Origin: Candidatus Latescibacterota bacterium
Lineage (GTDB): Bacteria; Latescibacterota; UBA2968; UBA8231
Direction: 5' to 3'
Assembly (NCBI GenBank): GCA_965217585.1
Contig: OZ244561.1
Coordinates: 1,856,001-1,920,000, forward strand
Length of the DNA stretch: 64,000 bases
Shown here: in pieces, positions 47,857 to 56,686 of the stretch
How the letters are laid out: every line of letters begins with the position of its first letter
Position numbering within the stretch: the stretch's first letter is position 1
Position numbers and translations under genes: made by a program
Notes under the pieces: model-generated
What the model was told of the DNA's origin: nothing
The model's input: only the letters and a program-made list of their open reading frames with translations
Database searches by the model: none

Positions 47857-49842
47857 ATGCCCATACCTATTCCCGAGCATTACTTAGCTCCCCAGTCCGC
47901 TCCGCGAGAATCCTCCTCCGGTTTTACGATCAGAGCACTTATTATCGGAACCGCGCTCGCGTTTTTTATTGGTGTGGCGGCTCCGTACGGCAATATGATC
48001 ATTCGCGGATCGTATATGGCGCTGAATATCAGCACCCCTATCGCTTTTTTTATTTTCTTCGTGCTGGTGGGGGGCATAAATGTGGCGCTGCGCCTGATGC
48101 GGGTGAACTGGGCGCTAAAGCCGGCCGAACTGGTGCTCATCTACATCATGATGATCATCGCCGCTACAGTACCTACCAAGGGCTTTACCGAAGCCTGGCT
48201 TCCCAAGATCACGGGTCCCTATTACTACGCTACACCTGAGAACGATTGGGCCACGCTGGCCCATCCGCATATCAAAGCCTGGCTGACTCCCCGCGACCCG
48301 GAGATGATCAAGTATTTTTTTGAGGGGCTTCCCAAAGGCATGGAAATCCCCTGGGGGGTCTGGCTCGAACCTCTTTTTCACTGGAGCCTGTTTTTCCTGG
48401 TCCTCTGCTTTGTGATGATCTGCATATCGGTCATTCTGCACCGGCAATGGGCCCACAATGAACGACTGATCTACCCCTTGATCCAAGTCCCCTTGGACAT
48501 GATCAAAGAGGACTCAAAAGGTTCTCTGGTGAACCCCTTTTTCAAGAATACGGTAATGTGGGCGGGGTTTGCCATTTCCTTCTTCATCACCAGCGTAAAT
48601 GGTTTTCACAACTATTATGAAACCCTCCCCTCAATTGAGCTGGCCACCACTTTCAGCGCCTTTCGCGAGACGATGTCGATACCCATCCACCTGAGCTTTT
48701 CCATGATTGGGTTTTCATATCTCATCAGTCTGGATATCGCCTTCGGAATTTGGTTGTTCTACCTGCTGGGCACACTGGAGCAGGGGATATTCAACATCTT
48801 GGGGATAGCCAGTACGGAGACGCTGGATATATTCGCTACGGCTGCACCTATTATTGCGCATCAGGGAATGGGAGCCTTCATCGTCTTGGTGCTGGCGAGT
48901 CTGTGGGGGGCCCGCAGGCATCTGATGGATGTATTTAACAAGGCTTTTAGGCGGACTTCGACCGTCGATGATTCCCAGGAGTTGCTGTCGTACCGCACCG
49001 CGGTACTCGGCTTGATCGCCGGTTTGGGATTTATAGGGATCTGGCTCTACAAAGGCGGCCTAGCCGCTTGGCTGGTACCTATCTTTCTCTTTGCCGTTTT
49101 CGTCCTCTTTATCGCGCTGACCCGGGTGGTTGCCGAGGCCGGCTTGGCCGCGGTACGGGCTCCCCTAACACCCGTCTCATTTCTGATCTCTGGGGTCGGT
49201 TCATCTGCCATCGGTCCGGCCGGCCTAGTCTTCCTAGGACTCAGCTTTTCCTGGGCAGTCAACTTCAGGACCTTTGTGCTGGCCTCTGCTGCCAACGGGT
49301 TGAAGCTGAGCGACGAAGTTGGCGCAGGGCAGCGGAAAAGACCGCTGTTCTGGGCCATGATGCTGGCCGTAGTGGTCAGTCTGGTGGGTTCGACCTGGAT
49401 TATACTCGCCATGTGCTATAAGTATGGGGGAATCAATCTGGATCAATGGTTCTTCGTCGGCGGGGCCTCGAGGCCCTTTGATTTTGTGGTTCCGTACTTG
49501 ACCACACCTGTCGAGGCCAATCTAAGCGGCTGGTTGTGGACGGGTGTAGGAGGAGGGATCATGAATATATTGATCGTCATCCGACAAAAATTACTCTGGT
49601 GGCCGTTTCATCCACTCGGGTTCTTGATCAGCACCACGTGGATGGCGCAGTTCGTCTGGTTCAATGTATTTCTGGCTTGGCTCGTAAAACTCTTGGTCCT
49701 GCGCTACGGAGGGGCGCGGTTGTACCAAGCTAGCCGACCGTTTTTCTTAGGTTTGATCCTGGGGCACTTTACCGTTGCGGGAGTGTGGCTGATCGTGGAT
49801 CACTTTACCGGCATGACGGACAATCAACTGATGTGGTTGTAA
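47857..49842 (+). CDS. Polytopic membrane protein, OPT-like peptide transporter family (DUF6785/DUF6784-like)
   Basis: Many TM helices; YYATPEN, RQW..NERL.YP, RVVAEAG, WWPFHPLGF, RYGG..LY...RPFFLGLILG. Confidence 0.7.
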   Translation: MPIPIPEHYLAPQSAPRESSSGFTIRALIIGTALAFFIGVAAPYGNMIIRGSYMALNISTPIAFFIFFVLVGGINVALRLMRVNWALKPAELVLIYIMMIIAATVPTKGFTEAWLPKITGPYYYATPENDWATLAHPHIKAWLTPRDPEMIKYFFEGLPKGMEIPWGVWLEPLFHWSLFFLVLCFVMICISVILHRQWAHNERLIYPLIQVPLDMIKEDSKGSLVNPFFKNTVMWAGFAISFFITSVNGFHNYYETLPSIELATTFSAFRETMSIPIHLSFSMIGFSYLISLDIAFGIWLFYLLGTLEQGIFNILGIASTETLDIFATAAPIIAHQGMGAFIVLVLASLWGARRHLMDVFNKAFRRTSTVDDSQELLSYRTAVLGLIAGLGFIGIWLYKGGLAAWLVPIFLFAVFVLFIALTRVVAEAGLAAVRAPLTPVSFLISGVGSSAIGPAGLVFLGLSFSWAVNFRTFVLASAANGLKLSDEVGAGQRKRPLFWAMMLAVVVSLVGSTWIILAMCYKYGGINLDQWFFVGGASRPFDFVVPYLTTPVEANLSGWLWTGVGGGIMNILIVIRQKLLWWPFHPLGFLISTTWMAQFVWFNVFLAWLVKLLVLRYGGARLYQASRPFFLGLILGHFTVAGVWLIVDHFTGMTDNQLMWL

Positions 49843-50043
49843 ACGAAGTCGCGGATGAAGCCATAAGCGTCGACACCAGAAGCGGACAGAAAAACTTGAC
49901 ATCTCTGATCTTATTTATTAATAGGTATCCAACTTGCGGGAGTTACAAAATCAAAAGAAGACATAACTTATTGATCCTCAGTAATTTAGAAAATGGCGGT
50001 TCGCGAAAGGCCAAAATTGCAAAAAGTGTCTGAACTATTGACT

Positions 50044-50820
50044 ATGAAAGCCACTTTTCGGCTTGTGACGAAAGGGAGATCACAGCGGTTATCCGCTCTG
50101 GCCGCAGGTTTTTTACTGGCCGGTCTTTGCGCTACGTGCGGGTACAGGTACTACGCCGGTCCCTTGCAACCCCTCCCCGACGCCGAGCAACACACCGGCA
50201 TGCAAGTTAGCGATGACGGGACGGTGCTGTTCGTTCAGGAGAGATTTGAAGTCGGAGTGCGTCCCCAGACTGACGCGGAACTGAACCGGTTGTATCCTAT
50301 GTACTCCAAGGGCGGTATAGAGTCTATAAATCCCTATACCTACGGCGACTGGAAAGATCCCGAAACCGGCTCGACGCCGCAGCGCTTCACGATCTTCCTT
50401 TTAAAGGTTAAAAATTACAGCTATCCCAAAGTGCAAATCGACCCTTTGAAGATTTCGCTCATCGCTGCAAACGGTCGCGAATACCCGGCTCTAGATCCGC
50501 TCAAATTCGACGAGTACTATCGTCCGTACGCCACTGCTTATTCCGGGAATCTGTACGACCGCTACGAAGAGCGCAAAGACCTGTTCGCCTCTTCTAGATA
50601 CGGCTCTGAACCCGTATTCAGCGGTCAGGAAGCCCAAGGATTTCTGGTCTTTCCCGCCCTACATCCAGATGTGCGGGAATTGCGCCTCAAGCTCAAAGAT
50701 GTAGCGATCAGATTCGACTTTCGGGGCGATCCAATAGAAATGCTCGACCTCGAGTATCTTTTTTTTCGGGAAACCGGCCGGATTTATCCCGATGGGACGA
50801 CGAGATTGTCTTCGGGGTAA
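50044..50820 (+). CDS. Hypothetical lipoprotein
   Basis: CATC-G lipobox-like; NPYTYGDW, DUF4352-like GFLVFP; start uncertain (49993 or 50044). Confidence 0.65.
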   Translation: MKATFRLVTKGRSQRLSALAAGFLLAGLCATCGYRYYAGPLQPLPDAEQHTGMQVSDDGTVLFVQERFEVGVRPQTDAELNRLYPMYSKGGIESINPYTYGDWKDPETGSTPQRFTIFLLKVKNYSYPKVQIDPLKISLIAANGREYPALDPLKFDEYYRPYATAYSGNLYDRYEERKDLFASSRYGSEPVFSGQEAQGFLVFPALHPDVRELRLKLKDVAIRFDFRGDPIEMLDLEYLFFRETGRIYPDGTTRLSSG

Positions 50821-51043
50821 TCGGGCTATCTATCCTGCAAAACCGATGTGTTCGGTAAGCGTTTTTTGCGAAAACACCTCAACTAGAATTTACAGAAAGG
50901 AGGTGGTTGAATGAGGTGAATCTTTTCCCGGGCAGGTGTGGACGGGATAATCGATTTTTTTCGACTCTACAGCGGGAATTGATAAGTCCTGCTGGTTTGC
51001 AATTTTGTTCCATCTCGTCATTCCGAATTGAGGAGTCTATTCA

Positions 51044-51979
51044 ATGAAACGATTAGCAATGCCTTTCATGGCGCTAGCTCTGGTAGCCATGCTGTCGAGC
51101 AGTTCCTGGGGCCATAAGCCCGATGGCGTAGAGTTCTTCGCGCCCCATATTCCGGATGAATTGATCCCGGATATAGATGGAAATTCCGCTGACTGGATGA
51201 ACTGGTTCCCGTCGGACCTGGTCATTACCCACGATATGCTGCTCTCGCGTGCCGGCAATGACCCGAGGGACATTTCGGACATCGACGTGAGTATGATGGT
51301 CGCTTGGAACGAGACCACCCAGAAACTCTACCTCGGTCTCGAAGCCTTCGACAATTTTATCCACCGCGATTCAGAGAACCGGGTGGATATATACACAGAG
51401 GATGGCTGGACCATCAGCACCGATCCCGATCACAGCGGTGGTTTCTTCCACGGCGGAGATCTGGAGCAGAACGAGATGGGTACCCAAGGGCAACAGTGGG
51501 TAGTCCATCCTCCCGCCCAAGGACCGGCGACTATGTGGATTTTCAGTTTCGGTGAGAACTTCTTTGAGAAGATTGAGACCCGCGAGTGGGACGCGATGTG
51601 GTTCGGCCATCCGCCGTGGGGCCATCTCGGCGTAGGTCCCCCAGAGGCCGTGCCGGTCAATGAAGGGGATACCAACGTCACCTTGTTCTATGAAATAGCT
51701 TGGTCCCTGTTCGATCATCTGGATTACGACGGCCCCGACTCCAGTGTGCCCCATGTATTCGAAGAAGAGCAAATCATCCACCTGAACATCCACTACCAGG
51801 ACCACGACGAAAACGGCGATGATTGGGATTCGCAGTGGGGCCTGAACGACGAAACCCACGCCACCCGGGACGGGTCCGCTGCACCTGACTGGGTTATGGT
51901 GAAGGTTCCCATCGAAGCCACCGAAGCCACGAGCGTAGAAGGAGAAACCTGGGGGAGGATCAAAGCCTCTTTCCGCTAA
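51044..51979 (+). CDS. Secreted acidic DOMON/CBM9-like protein with C-terminal WGRIKA motif
   Basis: Signal ending SWG-H; PDIDGNSADW, AWNETTQKLY; ends TSVEGETWGRIKASFR. Confidence 0.75.
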   Translation: MKRLAMPFMALALVAMLSSSSWGHKPDGVEFFAPHIPDELIPDIDGNSADWMNWFPSDLVITHDMLLSRAGNDPRDISDIDVSMMVAWNETTQKLYLGLEAFDNFIHRDSENRVDIYTEDGWTISTDPDHSGGFFHGGDLEQNEMGTQGQQWVVHPPAQGPATMWIFSFGENFFEKIETREWDAMWFGHPPWGHLGVGPPEAVPVNEGDTNVTLFYEIAWSLFDHLDYDGPDSSVPHVFEEEQIIHLNIHYQDHDENGDDWDSQWGLNDETHATRDGSAAPDWVMVKVPIEATEATSVEGETWGRIKASFR

Positions 51980-52010
51980 AGACCTGGAGCTTTTTAGACT
52001 AGTCTTCAGA

Positions 52011-52050
52011 TAGATTGAAGGGATGGGATTTTTCTCATCCCTTCAATCTA
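52011..52050. terminator. 18-bp stem-loop downstream of WGRIKA gene
   Basis: TAGATTGAAGGGATGGGA-TTTT-TCTCATCCCTTCAATCTA; no U-tail. Confidence 0.55.
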
Positions 52051-52068
52051 GCCAATGGGAGAACAACA

Positions 52069-52440
52069 GTGAAGATCTACGCACTTGCAATTGCGGCGTT
52101 GACAAGCATCTGTGCTTTGGTCGCCTGTGAGGAGGTTGATCTTTCTACCGGACCTTCGGGGTCCACCGGCAGGACTGAACTAGTCAGATTCGATAACAAG
52201 TCGAATTTTGATCTCCAGATTACCATTGGCGCGTGCTTTCAGGATTTCGTCTTGGACGCTGGGCGCGAGCGGACCATTGAATGCAATCCGGCAGATGGCG
52301 CAGCAAGCTTTGACGTCGGCATCGTTCGAACAGATAAAGAAGACGCCAACTGGGCCGGCTCCGCTTCAAAGGGGCAGTCCCTCCTCATCCTCACCAATCC
52401 CTGGCACGGCGGATTCTTCACCGTAGAGGTTGAAGAATAA
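52069..52440 (+). CDS. Small lipoprotein
   Basis: GTG after GGGAG; LVAC lipobox; beta-rich. Confidence 0.7.
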   Translation: MKIYALAIAALTSICALVACEEVDLSTGPSGSTGRTELVRFDNKSNFDLQITIGACFQDFVLDAGRERTIECNPADGAASFDVGIVRTDKEDANWAGSASKGQSLLILTNPWHGGFFTVEVEE

Positions 52441-52480
52441 GCTAAGCGGGCGGATTCTCCGCACCGCGGGAATGCAAAGC

Positions 52481-54277
52481 ATGGAGCCGATTGGGCGAAA
52501 AGTTCTGCTGGTATCCACTTGGGTTTTGCTGGCACTGATCTCTGCCAAAAGCACCTGGGGCGTGGAAGTCTTGGGCATCGGCAACGAGCAGAACCCTTGG
52601 GAAGCTATGGGTACCATGGAGAACATTGATACCACCACGGATCCAGGGTGGATTCAGCCCCGACGCACCGAAGCCACGGAAAATTTGAGCCTCGGTGCCC
52701 AAGGAAGAGGGGGAGGTATGTCCACGCCCCAGCCATCTGTGCGCCAGGCCGGCAACCTGAACAATATGATAGATGGGGATGTAAACACGGTTTTCGACGG
52801 GAGCAGGGCCCGGCAAGTGGGGGGCAGAATGGATCTGGACCTGGGCTCGATTTTCGGTGGGGTCGAGAGAATTCGCTTCTACCCCAGCCCGACCTTCAGC
52901 GACAAGTTTCTGAAGGGGTACGAAGTGTACATCAACGACGGTAGCGCGGAAATGCAGGTTGGCGGGGTGCTGCAGTGGACGCTGGTGGAAAAGGCCGAGA
53001 AAAACACCGACAGTACCGTACAGATGCGAATTCCGTCCCAGTACGTGCGCCATGTCAGGATTGTGTTCACCACGCCGCTGCCTTGGGAAATTGCCGAGTT
53101 GGAGGTGTACAGCCGCGGCTTTGTACCCCGAGCAAACTATACTTCAGAGGTGATAGACCTAGGTGGGCTGGCTAATTTTGGCCAGTTGAAGTGGGCTGCA
53201 GAAGAGCAACCTCGAGCCTCGGTGCATATCTTTACCCGAACCGGAGCCACGCCCGATCCCCTTAAATATTACCAACTAAAAGAAAAAGGACTCAAGACCG
53301 AACAGACCGAGGTGTCCGCAGATGATTACAACAGCCTGAAAGAGGCCGAGCGGGAAAAGGGTTTGGATGCGGAGAACTGGAGTCCTTGGTCTCCGGTGTA
53401 TACCCGTGCATCTGGAGAACAGGTGGCCTTCGTCGAACCTCGGCGCTACTTCCAGTTCAAGTGTGAGTTTGCCAGTGATTTTTTTACCCAGGGAGCGCGG
53501 CTCGACTCGCTGGCGTTCGAATTTTCCACCCCTCCGGTAGCGCGTTTTGTCTGGGGTGAGGTCGGGCCGCTGGAGGTCAACGCCGGAGAACCCACTCTGT
53601 TTACCTATGTGGTGCGAGCCAAAATCGAGGAAAGCGATACGGGATTCGATGCCTTGGAGATCGCTACTCCTTCTCGGGCCACAATTGAGGAACTGAAAAT
53701 CGGTGGCACAGCGGTGGCGGATTTCGTCCAGGAAATCGAAGACGACCGCATGGTAATCCGCTTCCCCAATCATAGGGTCGTGGATACCACTCCGGTGGAG
53801 TTGAGTTTTGAGGGGGCGGTTCTGGTGTACGGGACGCGTTTTACCGGCAAAGTCTTCGATACCCAGACCGCGGAGTTACCGCAGCCCATTACCGCAGGGG
53901 ATACATCCCCGGATTTGCCCAACGACGACCTGGCGGTGGCCGTGTCGCTCGGAGAGACCATTGTCGCAGGTGGTCGCATGGTCCCCAATCCTTTCACCCC
54001 CAACGGCGACGGCGTGAACGATCTGGCCTCCATACACTACCAGATTCTCAAGTTGACCAAGGAGGTTCCGATCACCGTGGCGATCTACGACCTTTCGGGC
54101 AGACTGGTCCGCGATTTGTACTCGGGCACGGACGTGAGCGGGATTTATGCCTTGGATTGGGATGGTCTGGATAACAGTGGGCGTTTGGTAGTTCCGGGAC
54201 TCTACCTCAGTCGTATATCAGTTGACGCCGATAGGGGCGCAGGGGACAAGGTTGCACTCATAGCGGTGGTCTACTGA
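52481..54277 (+). CDS. Secreted discoidin/FlgD-Ig tail protein (paralog 4)
   Basis: IDGD, DLG..IRFYP, WEIAELEVY, TRTGATPDP, NWSPWS, FTPNGDGVND, ends IAVVY*; start 52472 or 52481. Confidence 0.85.
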   Translation: MEPIGRKVLLVSTWVLLALISAKSTWGVEVLGIGNEQNPWEAMGTMENIDTTTDPGWIQPRRTEATENLSLGAQGRGGGMSTPQPSVRQAGNLNNMIDGDVNTVFDGSRARQVGGRMDLDLGSIFGGVERIRFYPSPTFSDKFLKGYEVYINDGSAEMQVGGVLQWTLVEKAEKNTDSTVQMRIPSQYVRHVRIVFTTPLPWEIAELEVYSRGFVPRANYTSEVIDLGGLANFGQLKWAAEEQPRASVHIFTRTGATPDPLKYYQLKEKGLKTEQTEVSADDYNSLKEAEREKGLDAENWSPWSPVYTRASGEQVAFVEPRRYFQFKCEFASDFFTQGARLDSLAFEFSTPPVARFVWGEVGPLEVNAGEPTLFTYVVRAKIEESDTGFDALEIATPSRATIEELKIGGTAVADFVQEIEDDRMVIRFPNHRVVDTTPVELSFEGAVLVYGTRFTGKVFDTQTAELPQPITAGDTSPDLPNDDLAVAVSLGETIVAGGRMVPNPFTPNGDGVNDLASIHYQILKLTKEVPITVAIYDLSGRLVRDLYSGTDVSGIYALDWDGLDNSGRLVVPGLYLSRISVDADRGAGDKVALIAVVY

Positions 54278-54296
54278 TCGCCTAGTACAGATAGAG

Positions 54297-56648
54297 GTGA
54301 GCGAGATGACACAATCGCATGTATGGGCGAGTCTCGTAGCAATGGTCGGCCTTTTGATCGGCGTAGCCCGCGCCGACACTATAGCATTCGGGTCCAAAGC
54401 CGACTGGGAGAAGTGGGTCTTTCCCGTGGGGACGCTGGAAGTCTCGGAGGATGGCCTCGTGAGGCCCAAGTTCGTCAAAAAGAATATCAATGCGAGTCTC
54501 AATGCCGGTGAGTTTGTCGTCGAGCGCGAGGGAAATAAACCTACCAAATGGGGAGGGATATCCGGTGTGGGATCCAATTCCGCCCGAGCGGCCAATATAT
54601 TTGACGGCGAGGTGGACACTTGGTGGGCACCCGACCCGGACGACGATATGGATACCTGGTGGATTGAGCTCGACTTGGGCCGATTGGTTTCTGCTACCAA
54701 GATCGCGTTGAAATTTTCACCTCAGGGCGAGCCGTTCAGGATGTTCAAGGTCTATACCTCCACCGGTGAGGAAGCGCTCTACTCTGGGTCGGGCAAAAAG
54801 GAGTACCTAGTGGTTGGACAGACCACCCAGCCGAACTTTGCCTACGAGCTGGAATATCCCTTAGGCCAGTTTGGCACGGCTCTCAGCACGGCAGAAGAAC
54901 CTAGGCAACTAGTCGGCTTTGTGCTAATCCAGGTCACTGCTCCGTTCGGCGATGCGCGTCTGGGCGAAGTTGAAGTCCACACTCTGGGCGACAACGTGGT
55001 GCTGGGAACGGTGGAGCGAGGCGGTCTGGCCATTCAGGCGAGTCCCGGCGGAGATCGCCGCATATTGACTAACAACGAGGTTCTGGATGGACGCTTTGAT
55101 ACCTACTGGAACTCAAGTGCCGGGTTTCTCGACTGGACCGAGAAGGGCTGGGTCAACATGAATCTGGGAGCACTGTTCTGGGTGGATACCATCCGGATCG
55201 TATCGGCCAGGGTGCATCAAGGTTCTAGGGTAGACCCGCTGTTTGGCTACAAGCTATTCGCCTCCGACGGCACCCTAGGACCAACGGCCCAACTCGGCAC
55301 GGAAAACGTCATGGGGAGTTTTGTGTGGGAAGAGGTGGGGGCTCTGGATGATAATTCCGTGGGATTTCTCACTTTTGAAGATACTTTTTCTCCCCGACCA
55401 GTACAACACATCTTCTTTTCCCACCGAAACGATGTCAGGGATACGGGCACTTATGGAAGCTTCAAAACCCTAGAGATTCAGGCTTATGGCGAGGGGTATA
55501 TTCCGGGCGTGTCCATGACTTCGGGCTTGCTCAACCTCGGTCGCTCCAAAAATATGTTGTCGATCGCGTGGGAAGCGGACATCCCGCCGGGAACCAAATT
55601 GGAGATCAGCACGCGAACGGGCGATCAGTTGGGCGAGAAATTGCACTACTTTGACAAAAAGGGCAATGAACTTACCAAAGAGAAGTGGGAGAGTCTGCCC
55701 AAATTCCGCAAAGAAGCCGATCCCGTAGTGGAGTTGGTTCCCGACCCCCAGACCTGGAGCCCGTGGAGCAAACCCTACCTCCATTCCGGTGCCCGCTTTG
55801 CCTCTCCTAGTCCGCGCCAGTACCTAGAGATACGGGCTATACTTTTGAGTACTATACCGGATCAGGCAGTTAGCCTGGACCGGATAGTGCTTTCTTTTGC
55901 CGATCCACTGGCCAGAACCCTGACTGCCGAGATCTGGCCGGATACAGCCCTAGCGGCAAAGCCCCAGGAGTTCAAATACTTCATCCGTCCTTCGTTCGCG
56001 GCCGGCGATCTCGGTTTTGATCAGGTACTCATCAAGACTCCTGCCCAAGCTGAATTGATAGGGGTAAAAGTCGCCTCTGACCCGCTGGCGCTGGAGGAGC
56101 TATCCGTATATTCGACCGCAGATTCTCTGCTAATTCAGCTTCCCTTGACAATCCAGTCTGCGGAGCTGGTAGAAGTCGAGTTCAAAAGCCAAGTCTTTTT
56201 GAACAACACAGTATTCGAGGGATTGGTCGGTAATTCTTCCAGAAAGTTGTGGCAGACCATAGACCCCGGGGACGCCGCCTCAGAGGCCATGAGCGATGTG
56301 CTAGTGGTGACCGTACCGATCCAGGACCGGCTAGTTGGCGATATGCAGATTGCTCCGGCGATTATTACTCCCAATGGGGATGGTCTAAACGATCAGATGA
56401 ACATTGACTTTTTGATATTCCAGATTGACCGGGCCCAGCCCATCACAGTAAAAGTGCACGATCTATCTGGCAGAATTGTCAGGGAAGTGATGGCCCAGCA
56501 CGGTATCAGCGGTGCACATCGGGCCGTCTGGGATGGCACGGATGGAGCCGGCGTCCTCGTTCCACCCGGCCTCTACATCTGCCGGGTCGAGATAGAAGCC
56601 AGCCAGGACGCCGCTGCCATTGTCCAGACCGTTGGGGTCGCCTTTTGA
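54297..56648 (+). CDS. Secreted double-discoidin/FlgD-Ig tail protein (paralog 5)
   Basis: FDGEVDTWW, WWIELDLGR, LGALFWVD, TRTGD, WSPWS, ITPNGDGLND, ends VGVAF*; closest to 14520-17609. Confidence 0.85.
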   Translation: MSEMTQSHVWASLVAMVGLLIGVARADTIAFGSKADWEKWVFPVGTLEVSEDGLVRPKFVKKNINASLNAGEFVVEREGNKPTKWGGISGVGSNSARAANIFDGEVDTWWAPDPDDDMDTWWIELDLGRLVSATKIALKFSPQGEPFRMFKVYTSTGEEALYSGSGKKEYLVVGQTTQPNFAYELEYPLGQFGTALSTAEEPRQLVGFVLIQVTAPFGDARLGEVEVHTLGDNVVLGTVERGGLAIQASPGGDRRILTNNEVLDGRFDTYWNSSAGFLDWTEKGWVNMNLGALFWVDTIRIVSARVHQGSRVDPLFGYKLFASDGTLGPTAQLGTENVMGSFVWEEVGALDDNSVGFLTFEDTFSPRPVQHIFFSHRNDVRDTGTYGSFKTLEIQAYGEGYIPGVSMTSGLLNLGRSKNMLSIAWEADIPPGTKLEISTRTGDQLGEKLHYFDKKGNELTKEKWESLPKFRKEADPVVELVPDPQTWSPWSKPYLHSGARFASPSPRQYLEIRAILLSTIPDQAVSLDRIVLSFADPLARTLTAEIWPDTALAAKPQEFKYFIRPSFAAGDLGFDQVLIKTPAQAELIGVKVASDPLALEELSVYSTADSLLIQLPLTIQSAELVEVEFKSQVFLNNTVFEGLVGNSSRKLWQTIDPGDAASEAMSDVLVVTVPIQDRLVGDMQIAPAIITPNGDGLNDQMNIDFLIFQIDRAQPITVKVHDLSGRIVREVMAQHGISGAHRAVWDGTDGAGVLVPPGLYICRVEIEASQDAAAIVQTVGVAF

Positions 56649-56686
56649 TATACATGCCCATCTGAAGTCCTGGGAGGGAGTTCACG

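Noticed and set aside
49896-49924. Promoter at TTGACA
   Set aside because: No good -10 at canonical spacing
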